Below are positions 37,073-45,626 of a stretch of DNA of 64,000 bases, in pieces (the first letter of the stretch is position 1; each line of letters opens with the position of its first letter). Source of the stretch: an uncultured Actinomycetota bacterium (lineage in GTDB: Bacteria; Actinomycetota; Actinomycetes; Streptosporangiales; Streptosporangiaceae); the NCBI GenBank assembly GCA_963730265.1, contig CAVSRG010000002.1, forward strand, positions 377,884-441,883, in the 5' to 3' direction. Both the position numbers and the translations under genes were made by a program. The notes under the pieces are model-generated. The model was not told the DNA's origin. It saw only the letters and a list, made by a program, of their open reading frames with translations, and ran no database searches.

Positions 37073-38542
37073 GTGACTTCAACGGCTCCACCGGCCCCGT
37101 TCATCTGGACGCGGCGGCATGTCATCGCGCTGGTCGTGCTCTGCCTGGCCGCGCTGCTGGACACCATCGACGTCACCGTCGTCAACGTCGCGATGCCGAC
37201 CATCCGGACGGCCCTGCACTTCTCCGAGGGCGGCCTGGCCTGGATGGTGAACGCCTACATGGTCCCGTTCGGCGGTTTCCTGCTGCTGGCGGGCCGGGCC
37301 GGGGACCTGCTGGGCCGCCGCCGCGTGCTGCTGGCCGGAACGGCCCTGTTCACCGCCGCCTCGCTGGCCTCGGCGCTGGCCCCGAACGAGACCGTCATGA
37401 TCATCACCAGGGCGGCCGAGGGGCTGGGCGCCGCGTTCGTGGTCCCGATGACGCTGGCCATGCTGAGCTCCGTCTTCCCGGCCGGGCCGGCCCGCAACCG
37501 GGCCTTCGCGGTCTGGGGCGGCGTCTCCGCGGTGGCGGGAACGCTCGGCCTGATAGCGGGCGGCCTGCTGGTCTCGGCCGCCGGCTGGCGGTGGATCTTC
37601 TTCATCAACATCCCGGTCGGCGCGGTGGTCGTCGCCGCTGCGCTGCGGTATTTGCCTACTGATCGGCCTGGCCGGGCAGGAAGCTTCGATCTGCTCGGGG
37701 CACTGACCGCCACCGGGGCGGCCAGCCTGCTGGCCTACGGCGTGGTGCAAACCGAGACCCATCCGTGGGGGTCGGCCCGCACCATCGCGCTGCTGGCCGG
37801 GGCCGCCATCCTGCTGGGCGGCTTCCTCGCGCACGAGCGCTTCACCGCCCGCGACCCGCTGATGCCGCTGGCCCTGTGGCGGAACCGCTCGGTAGCCGGC
37901 TCCAACCTGGTCTCCGCCCTGCTGAGCAGCGCGATCTTCGCCATGTTCTACTCGACCACGCTCTACCAGCAGCAGGTGCTCGGCTACTCCGCGCTGCGCA
38001 CCGGCCTGGCCTACATTCCGCTGGGCTTGTCCATCCTCGTCTCGGCCGGAGCCGGGCCGGCCGTGGTGTCGCGGATCGGGGTCCGGCTCACCACGGCGGC
38101 CGGGTCGCTGGTCGCGTTCGGCGGCATGGTCCTGCTGGCCCGGCTGCCGGTCGCCGGGCACCTGCTCGCCAACCTCATCGGGCCTGAGGTCATCGTCGGC
38201 CTCGGGGCCGGGCTGGTGCTCATCCCGACCTCGGTGGCCGCCATGTCCGGCGTGCCCGCCGAGCGCGGCGGCATCGCCTCGGCCCTGCTCAACGTCAGCC
38301 GCCAGCTCGGCGGCGCGCTCGGCCTGGCCGTCATCTCCACGGTCGTCACCACCCGGGCCGCCCGCGCGCTGGTCGCCGACCACTCCGCGGCCGCCGCCCT
38401 GACCGGCGGCTTCCGGGCTGGGTTCGCGGTCAGCGCCGGGCTGATGATCGCGACGGTCGTGACCGCGCTGCTGTTCCTGCGCGAGGACGGCCGCGGCAGC
38501 AGCGTCAACCTGGTCGAGCTCCAGACCGCGGGAGCGTCCTAG
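37073..38542 (+). CDS. MFS transporter, DHA2 (EmrB/QacA, 14-TMS) family
   Basis: 489-aa ORF starting at a GTG after AGGAGG. It has DTIDVTVVNVAMPTI, the motif-A-like GRAGDLLGRRRV and about 14 hydrophobic segments. Confidence 0.9.
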   Translation: MTSTAPPAPFIWTRRHVIALVVLCLAALLDTIDVTVVNVAMPTIRTALHFSEGGLAWMVNAYMVPFGGFLLLAGRAGDLLGRRRVLLAGTALFTAASLASALAPNETVMIITRAAEGLGAAFVVPMTLAMLSSVFPAGPARNRAFAVWGGVSAVAGTLGLIAGGLLVSAAGWRWIFFINIPVGAVVVAAALRYLPTDRPGRAGSFDLLGALTATGAASLLAYGVVQTETHPWGSARTIALLAGAAILLGGFLAHERFTARDPLMPLALWRNRSVAGSNLVSALLSSAIFAMFYSTTLYQQQVLGYSALRTGLAYIPLGLSILVSAGAGPAVVSRIGVRLTTAAGSLVAFGGMVLLARLPVAGHLLANLIGPEVIVGLGAGLVLIPTSVAAMSGVPAERGGIASALLNVSRQLGGALGLAVISTVVTTRAARALVADHSAAAALTGGFRAGFAVSAGLMIATVVTALLFLREDGRGSSVNLVELQTAGAS

Positions 38543-38785
38543 GATCCAAGGGCAGGCCAGAAGGACCCTTGTTAATTATTGTCCGCATCGCGAACGAATC
38601 TGGGGCATGACGCGAAAAGCGCCATTTCGCCGCCGCGGTGCCAGAATGGCGGGGGCACGGTAGGGATCGTGAGCGCGCTCGCGCCCCGAACTGCCGCGCC
38701 CCACGCATCGATAGCGTAATGGACGACGACGTTTCCGCTTTGACAGCGGAAATTCGGTAACCGGAGCGAGCCGATGCCGCCCCTG

Positions 38786-38989
38786 TTACCAGCGCCGCAG
38801 CCGCTGGACGTTAGCCCAGCGTGTGCGGAACTCTGCTTCCCCCAGGTGCCTTAGTCCGGCCCTTCTCCCCCACAGCCGCCCCACGATCGCTCCGACCACG
38901 AACACAACCAGGTATGGAAGAAGACCGCCCGCGCCACCCGTATGGTGCTGAAGCACCACTGCGAGCTGTTCGTGCATGTATCCCAGCAT
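38786..38989 (-). CDS. Small hypothetical membrane protein
   Basis: Lies in ORF 38786..39025, and the start is uncertain (38989 or 38977). It has one TM helix (LLPYLVVFVVGAIVGRLW) and a basic tail. GC3 is moderate, and it sits in an AT-richer intergenic stretch. Confidence 0.3.
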   Translation of the reverse strand: MLGYMHEQLAVVLQHHTGGAGGLLPYLVVFVVGAIVGRLWGRRAGLRHLGEAEFRTRWANVQRLRRW

Positions 38990-39229
38990 GCGCCGAGTTT
39001 TGTGGCCTTGCAATGGATTTTGCACAGACAGCCCGCTCTATGCTGCCGTTTTCGCCCGGAAATAACGGTTTATAAGATCAGCTTATTAACAAGGATCCGG
39101 AGCCGCTGGCCCGGCGCCGAAGCTGGCCCGGGGCCCCGCCGCCCCGCCGACGCCCGGCCGACCCAGAAAAACCGTTTCGACCGGACGCGGGTCTAATGAG
39201 ATGTAGGACCAAGAGAGAGGAACCAACCG

Positions 39230-39670
39230 ATGCGCAAGGCCCGCGTCAGTACCGAGACCACCGTCCGCGATGTCACCAAGCCGGACGAGCAGTGGCGCGA
39301 GGAGCTGACCCCGATGCAGTTCAGCGTGCTGCGTCAGGCGCACACCGAGCACCCCTTCACCGGCGAGTACGTCCACAACCACGAGGACGGCTATTACCGG
39401 TGCGCCGGCTGTGGCGCTCAGCTGTTCCGCTCGGACGCCAAGTTCGACTCCGGCACCGGGTGGCCCAGCTTCACCGAGCCCGCGGTCGCCGAGGCAGTCG
39501 AGCTGCGGCCCGACAACAGCCTGTTCATGCACCGCACCGAGGTCGTCTGCCGTCGCTGTGGCGGTCACCTGGGGCACGTCTTCAACGACGGACCGTCCCC
39601 CACGGGCGACCGGTACTGCATCAACTCCTGCTCGCTGGCCTTCGAGCCCGCCGAGCCGGACGCCGGCTGA
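39230..39670 (+). CDS. msrB: Peptide-methionine (R)-S-oxide reductase
   Basis: 146-aa ORF with two CxxC zinc motifs (CAGCG, CRRCGGHLGHVF), GTGWPSF and RYCINS (catalytic Cys). Confidence 0.95.
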   Translation: MRKARVSTETTVRDVTKPDEQWREELTPMQFSVLRQAHTEHPFTGEYVHNHEDGYYRCAGCGAQLFRSDAKFDSGTGWPSFTEPAVAEAVELRPDNSLFMHRTEVVCRRCGGHLGHVFNDGPSPTGDRYCINSCSLAFEPAEPDAG

Positions 39671-39725
39671 CCGGCGGACCACTGGCCCGCTACCGTGGCT
39701 GCCACAGCCCGGTACGGGAGGCGTG

Positions 39726-39980
39726 ATGAGCGACTTCATCGCTGACCATCAATGGTCGCAACGGCATCTCTCGCACTACGTCGAGGGAGACCTAACGCCC
39801 CGCGCCCGCCGCCGCCTGGACCGCCACGCGCGGGACTGTGCGGACTGCGGGCGCGGCATCCGCGCCATGCGCGCGCTTTTGTACGCGGTCCAGGGGCTCG
39901 ACGGGCTGGCGGGCGTGCGCGCGCCCGCCACCATCTTTGACCGCGTCCGGCGGGCCGCGGCCGCCCGCCCGACCGCGTGA
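39726..39980 (+). CDS. zf-HC2 (ZAS-type) anti-sigma factor, soluble
   Basis: 84 codons in the frame of ORF 39411..39980, starting at ATG 39726. It has the H-x3-C-x2-C motif (RHARDCADCG) and no TM segment. Its stop overlaps the sigma factor start (GTGA at 39977-39980). Confidence 0.7.
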   Translation: MSDFIADHQWSQRHLSHYVEGDLTPRARRRLDRHARDCADCGRGIRAMRALLYAVQGLDGLAGVRAPATIFDRVRRAAAARPTA

Positions 39981-40606
39981 TGCCATCGCGGCGCGGCCGG
40001 CGCGCCGCACCGCCCAGGGTTTCGGCCGGGTCGGGTACTACCGCTACCGAGGCCGCCCTGCTGGCCAGGGCCAAGGCCGGTGATGTCGGCGCTTTCGAGC
40101 AGCTCTCGGCGGCCTACGCCGACCGGCTGTACATGTTGCTGTTGCGCCTGCTTGGCGACCGCGCCGAGGCCGAGGACGTGGCCCAGGAGGTCATGCTGCG
40201 CGCCTGGCTGGGCATCTCCCGCTTCCAGGGCCGGTCCAGTTACTTCACCTGGCTCTACCGCATCGCCGTGAACGAGGCCAACCGTGCCCTGGACAGGCGT
40301 TCCCGCCGCCCGCCGGGCGCCTCCCTCGGCCCCGAGGAACTCCAGCTCCCCGGCGCGGCCGCGCTCGAGCCCGCCCGGCAGGCTGAGGCCAGCGAGCTGC
40401 GCCAGGCCCTGGCCCGCGCCCTGGCCGAGCTGCCGCCGCCGCTGCGCACTGCGATCGTGCTGCGCGACGTCGAAGGGCTGTCCACCCAGGAAGCGGCCCA
40501 GATCGCCGGTGTTGGCCAGGCCGCCTTCAAGAGCCGCCTGCACCAGGCCCGCCTCCGCGTCCGGGACGCCATCGGCGACCAGGCGCTGGTCACCGCGGGC
40601 GGCTGA
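39977..40606 (+). CDS. ECF subfamily RNA polymerase sigma-70 factor
   Basis: 209-aa ORF. Region 2: AFEQLSAAYADRLYMLLLRLLGDRAEAEDVAQEVMLRAW and FTWLYRIAVNEA. Region 4: LPPPLRTAIVLRDVEGLSTQEAAQIAGV. Confidence 0.9.
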   Translation: MMPSRRGRRAAPPRVSAGSGTTATEAALLARAKAGDVGAFEQLSAAYADRLYMLLLRLLGDRAEAEDVAQEVMLRAWLGISRFQGRSSYFTWLYRIAVNEANRALDRRSRRPPGASLGPEELQLPGAAALEPARQAEASELRQALARALAELPPPLRTAIVLRDVEGLSTQEAAQIAGVGQAAFKSRLHQARLRVRDAIGDQALVTAGG

Positions 40607-40723
40607 AGAACCCGGTCCAGCCTCTCCGTTCGATAATAGATGGAGACTGTCGTAGGCGTTCGATATTATTATCCATAACAAAGGCTCTTCCAGCCCAGAC
40701 GATCCCCGCACAGCGGAGGGGAG

Positions 40724-42494
40724 GTGGCGCGGATGCCAGGAACGCCGTCCGGCAACTGCCGCGAAGACGACGACCCGTTCCTGGACGAGCTGTTTGATCC
40801 GCGCACGCTCCTGGTCGATGATCCCAGCGATTTCGATGAGCCCTGGCCCGGCTACCCGTTCAGCCCGGACAACGCTCCGCCCGACGAGGACGACCCTGTT
40901 GCGGGAGTGCCGTGGACTGGGGACGGCGAGGCCATCCCGGCCGGGTTCGTGCACCATGACGGCGGGCGCCCGGGCACGGGGTTCGCGGCGGGCGGGGTGC
41001 TGGATGAGCTGGCGCCCGGACCGGTGCTGGCGGGGTTCGTCCGCGACGCCGCTGAGGACGGGGCCGGGCTGCCGGGCCTGGGCGAGAGCGAGCTGATCGG
41101 CTTGCTGTGCGCCGCCGAGCGGATGGCGTCGTGGGCCGCGGCACAGAAGGCCGAGGCGGTCATCACGCTGTGCCGCCGCCGGGCCCGGCAGTCCCGCGAG
41201 CGTAAGAACAAGCACCTGATCGAGCACGTGGCCGGCGAGGTCGCCGCCGCGCTGACCCTGACCGGCCAGGCCGCGAACCGGCTGGTCGACATCTGCAGCT
41301 GGCTGGAGCGGCTGCCCGGGGTCCGGGCCGCGCTCGCGGCCGGGGTCATCGACTGGGCCCGGGCGGTGGTGTTCGCCGACGAGCTGGCCGGCCTGGACGA
41401 CGAGGCCGCCCGCAAGATCACCGGGCGGGTCCTGCCCCGCGCCGGCGGCATGACCACCGGACAGCTGCGCCGTGCCCTGCGCCGCGAGCGGGAGCTCGCC
41501 GACCCCGACGCCGCCCGCCGCCGCCGCGAGCGAGGCCGTAAGGACGCCGCCGTGCACCGGTGGGACGAGCCCTCAGGCAACAGCGCTCTGGCCGGGCGGG
41601 AGATGAACCCGGCCGACGCGACTGGCGCGGACGCCCGGCTCACCGCCCAGGCCAGGTGGCTCCAGGCCCGCGGCGCTACAGGCACGCTGGGCCAGCTCCG
41701 CGAGGCGGTGTTCGCCGCCGTGCTCAACGGCCGCGACATCACCACCCTGCTGCCCGCCAGCCCGGAACCCGACCGCACCGAACCCGGCGGCGACGGCAGC
41801 GCCGACGCCACACCGTCGATCACCGGCAGCGTGCACCTGACCATGCCCCTGTCGGCCTGGCTATGGCTGACCGACCGGCCCGGCGAAATCGCCGGATCCG
41901 GCACCGCCGACGCCGACACCTGCCGCGACCTGGCCGACCGGCTGGCCGCCGACCCCGCCACCAAGTGGTGCCTCACCCTCACCGACCCCGACGGCCGCGC
42001 CGTCGCCCACGCCTGCGCCCGCCACCCACCGCCCAGACCCACCGGACCGCCAGGACCGCCAAGATCCACCGGACCGCCGAGATCGACGGGGCCGCCGGGG
42101 CCCGCCACGCCGACCCGGACCCGCCGGACCCATCACCGACTGGCTCGCCCGCCTGCGCCCCGTGCACCTCCAGACGGGGCCCTGCACCCACCCCCGCGAG
42201 ACACCCGGCTACCGGCCGCCGCCCTCGCTGCGCCACCTCATCACCATCCGCCAGCGCACCTGCGCCGAGCCCGGCTGCCAGCGCCCCGCCCACCGCGCCG
42301 ACCTCGACCACACCATCCCGTACCACCAGGGCGGCCGCACCTGCGAATGCAACCTGGGCCCCCTCTGCCGCCACGGCCACCGGGCCAAGCAAGCCCCCGG
42401 CTGGCATCTCGACCAGCCCGAGCCAGGCGTCATGATCTGGACCCTCCCCAGCGGGCGCCAGTACACCACCCGCCCCGACCCCTACCCGATCTAG
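40724..42494 (+). pseudogene. DUF222-domain HNH endonuclease (REP13E12-like), frameshifted
   Basis: ORF 40724..42607 has DUF222-like text (LIGLLCAAERMASWAAAQKAEAV...AALAAGVIDWARAVVFADE). After about 42000 it becomes Pro/Arg junk. The HNH end (YRPPPSLRHLITIRQRTCAEPGCQRPAHRADLDHTIPYHQGGRTCECNLGPLCRHGHRAKQ) is in ORF 42162..42494. Confidence 0.8.
42035..42100. repeat. Imperfect ~18-bp tandem repeat (AGAyCCACCGGACCGCC units) inside the HNH gene
   Basis: Read directly: agacccaccggaccgcc / aggaccgcca / agatccaccggaccgcc / gagatcgacggggccgcc. These encode PTGPPGPPRSTGPPRSTGPPG. The repeat lies in the interval where the frame is lost. Confidence 0.6.
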
Positions 42495-42512
42495 GCCAGG
42501 CCCCGTACCGAG

Positions 42513-44188
42513 CTACTGCGTCACCAGCTCGGGCTCGGCAGCGAGGTACTCGTGCACCAGCCGTATCGCGGTCGCGCCGTCGCCGACCGCGGAGGCCACC
42601 CGCTTGATCGACCGGTACCGGGCGTCGCCTGCCGCGAAGACCCCCGGCATGGAGGTCTCCAGCGGCAGCGGCACCCGCTCGCACGGCCAGCGCAGCCGGT
42701 CCGGGCCGTCCGCCGTGACGTCGCGTCCGGTCCGCAGGTAGCCCCGCTCCAGCTGAAGCGCGCCGGCCAGCCACTGGGTGCGCGGCTCGCCGCCGATCAG
42801 CACGAACAACGCGGTGGCCGGCACGGTGATGGTCCGGCCGCGTCCCCGGTCGCACACGGTGAGGGCCTCGAGCTGCTCGGATCCGTGGCCGTCGATGATC
42901 TCGGTGCGCGGGCAGACGGTGATGCTGGCGGTGGCCTCGATCTCCTGGATCAGGTAGTCGGACATGGAGCGGCCCAGGCTGTCCCCGCGCACCAGCATGG
43001 TCACGTGCCGGGCGTACCGCGCCAGGTGCAGGGCGGTCTGCCCGGCAGAGTTCCCGGCGCCGACCACGAACACGTCCTGACCGGTCATGGCCCGCGCCTC
43101 GGTCCCGGCCGCGCCATAGAACACGCCGGAGCCGACCAGCGCCTCCAGGCACGGTACGCCGAGGCGGCGCCAGGCGATGCCGGTGGCCACGATCAGGGCC
43201 CTGGCCGCGACCTGGTGCCCGTCGGCCAGGTGCACGACGCGGCGGTCGCCGCGCCGCTCCAGGCCGATGGCGAGCTGCGAGAACACCATGTGCGCCCCGA
43301 ACATCCAGGCTTGCTCGCAGGCCCGGCGGGTGAGCTCGTGACCGCTGACGCCGTGCGCGAAGCCGGGGTAGTTGCGGATCATCGGGCTGTTCCCGGCCTG
43401 GCCGCCGGAGACGGTCTCCTCGAGCACCACGGTCTGGAAGCCCTCAGACGCGGCGTAGACCGCGGCGGCCAGGCCAGCCGGCAGGCGCCGACGACAGCGA
43501 CGTCGCACTCGCGGACGTCGTCGCGGACGGTGCCGCCCACGGCACCGATGATCTGTTCCAGGGCCGGCTGGACCATCGCGTAGTGGTCGTGCCGCACCAT
43601 GACGGGCAGGCGCGCGTCGTCCAGGCCGTGTTCGGCCAGCAGCCGGGCCCCGGGATCGGCGTCGGCCTCGTAGAAGCCGAACGGAACGTTGAAGCGGCTC
43701 AGCAGCTCGCGCAGTTCGTGTGTGCCGCGGTCGTGCGGCCGGCCGATGACGCGGAAGAGCTCGAAGCCGGCCTGCTGATCCTTGGCCCAGTCGGCCAGGA
43801 ACTCGCTCAGCTCCCGGTACAGGTCCAGCTCGAGCAGCCATGGCTTGGTGATGTGGTAGTCCGCCTGGCCGAGTGTCATGGCCTGCACGACCGGGCTATG
43901 CGCGGAGTAGTCGCGCTCGACCAGGAGCACCCGGCGGGCAGCGGGATGCAGCTCGTGGGCGCGTTGGAGGAACTCGACGCCCGCCATCTCGGCCATCTGG
44001 TGGTCCACGATGAGCAGGGCGACGGTCTCGCGCCCGTCGGCCAGCGCGCGCAGGCGGGCCAGGCCGGCGGTCGCGGACGTCTCGCCGACGACCTGGAAGT
44101 CGCGGCCGAACCGCAGGCCGATGTCCTCGCGCAGGGCGTGCATGACGCCGGGGTCGTCATCGATCACGAACAGGACGGGCCGGGTCAT
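42513..44188 (-). pseudogene. Response-regulator receiver / thioredoxin-fold / TrxR-like FAD oxidoreductase fusion, frameshifted in the FAD GxGxxG motif
   Basis: ORF 43379..44188 has a REC domain (FVIDDDP, LLIVDHQMAEM, ITKPW). ORF 42513..43841 has TrxR-like text (PAGLAAAVYAASEGF, GGQAGNSPMIRNYPGF, FVVGAGNSAGQTA, VFAAGDAR). The frames meet at DVAVVGA/PAGL around 43481-43486. Confidence 0.8.
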
Positions 44189-44343
44189 CTGGATCCCCTG
44201 AGGTCGGCGGCTGGTCAGCCCGACGCTAGGGGGCGGGGCGTTCGCGGAGCGTTCGCGTCGCGCTGGCCGCGCCGGTCAGCATTAACGCAGATAACGGGCG
44301 GGCTAGAATCGCCGCGGGGCCCCCGGCAGAAGGCAGGCAGTCC

Positions 44344-44820
44344 ATGGCACGTGGTGTTCAGGTCGGGGACAAGGCGCCCGACTTCAGCCTCCCGTCGCAG
44401 TCCGGTGACCAGATCCGGCTCTCAGACCGGCTGGGCGAGCGGGTCGTCGTCCTGTACTTCTACCCCAAGGACAACACCCGCGGGTGCACGGCCGAAGCCT
44501 GCGCCTTCCGCGACAGCCACGAGGTCTTCACCGATGCCGGCGCCGAGGTGATCGGGGTCAGCTCGGACTCCGCCGACAAGCACGCGGCCTTCGCCGGCCA
44601 GCACAAGCTGCCGTTCACGCTGCTCAGCGACGCGGGCGGCCAGGTACGCAAGAGTTACGGCGTCCCGGCGGTACTCGGCGTGGTGCCCGGCCGGGTGACC
44701 TACGTGATCGACCGCACCGGCACGGTCCGGCACGTCTTCAACTCGATGACCAATATCGGCGGGCACGTTAGCGACGCACTGACGGTGGTCAGGCAGATCC
44801 AGGCCGAGCAGCCCGCCTGA
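44344..44820 (+). CDS. bcp: Peroxiredoxin, Bcp/PrxQ type
   Basis: 158-aa ORF with VVLYFYPKDNTRGCTAEAC (peroxidatic and resolving Cys, CxxxxC) and VIGVSSDS. Confidence 0.9.
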   Translation: MARGVQVGDKAPDFSLPSQSGDQIRLSDRLGERVVVLYFYPKDNTRGCTAEACAFRDSHEVFTDAGAEVIGVSSDSADKHAAFAGQHKLPFTLLSDAGGQVRKSYGVPAVLGVVPGRVTYVIDRTGTVRHVFNSMTNIGGHVSDALTVVRQIQAEQPA

Positions 44821-44927
44821 GGCCGTGCTCAGGCCGTGCTGAGGTCGTGCGCAGGCCCGGTTCAGCCGCGCGAACCCCGGACAACAGTCGTCGTGAACGG
44901 CCGGCCGCGCGGATAGGAACTTTCCTG

Positions 44928-44947
44928 TTAGCGGAGATCTCCGCTAA
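44928..44947. terminator. Perfect 20-bp palindrome TTAGCGGAGATCTCCGCTAA between convergent bcp and lsr2
   Basis: Read directly. It lies about 107 nt from each of the two convergent stop codons. It could form an 8-bp stem with a GATC loop on either strand. There is no U-tract. Confidence 0.35.
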
Positions 44948-45053
44948 AGCGAATGGCCGTCGCTTCCCGGGCCTGGAGCAAACACAACCGCCGGCGTGGC
45001 GGCGGTATGGAAGCGCAGGAACCGGTTATCGACGGCCAGGGTCGCCAGGACCG

Positions 45054-45395
45054 CTATGCGTCCGCGGCGGCCTTGAACTTCACCACCAATTCAGCCGGGA
45101 CGCGACCGCGGTCTTTGACCTCGATGCCCTGGCTCTTGGCCCACTCGCGTACCTCGGAGGGGTTCGGACCGCTGTTCGGGCTCTTGCGAGCGCTACTGCG
45201 ACCGGCCCGCCGAACGACGCCGTTGAGCTTACGGCCAGCCCCGATGTACTTCTCCAGTGCATTCCGTAGCTCGCTGGCGTGCGCGGCATTCAGGTCGATC
45301 TCATAGTCGCTGCCGTCCAGCCCGAAGCGGACGGTACTTTCTGCCTCGCTCCCATCGAGATCGTCGATGAAGACGGTCTCAACCTTCTGGGCCAT
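45054..45395 (-). CDS. lsr2: Lsr2 family nucleoid-associated protein
   Basis: Lies in ORF 45054..45467, with MAQKVETVFIDDLDGSEAESTVRFGLDGSDYEIDLN starting at 45395. The C-terminal AT-hook-like DNA-binding part reads EVREWAKSQGIEVKDRGRVPAELVVKF. Confidence 0.95.
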   Translation of the reverse strand: MAQKVETVFIDDLDGSEAESTVRFGLDGSDYEIDLNAAHASELRNALEKYIGAGRKLNGVVRRAGRSSARKSPNSGPNPSEVREWAKSQGIEVKDRGRVPAELVVKFKAAADA

Positions 45396-45626
45396 GCGTA
45401 CTCCGTTCTCGAACGAATCGAGGTCACTATAGCTGGTTGAGCACGCAGCGTGCTTACCGGATCGCATGAGATCATCGGCGGCTGCCTAACTGCGCGGCGA
45501 ACGCTGATGAGAAATGCAAAATGCGAGATGCAAACGAACAGAACGGTGCCGTTAACTCGGTCTATTTCCGGCGGCCGTTCCAAGTGTGCTGGTGAACGGA
45601 TGTGCACTCATGGGTCGCTGACGGGA

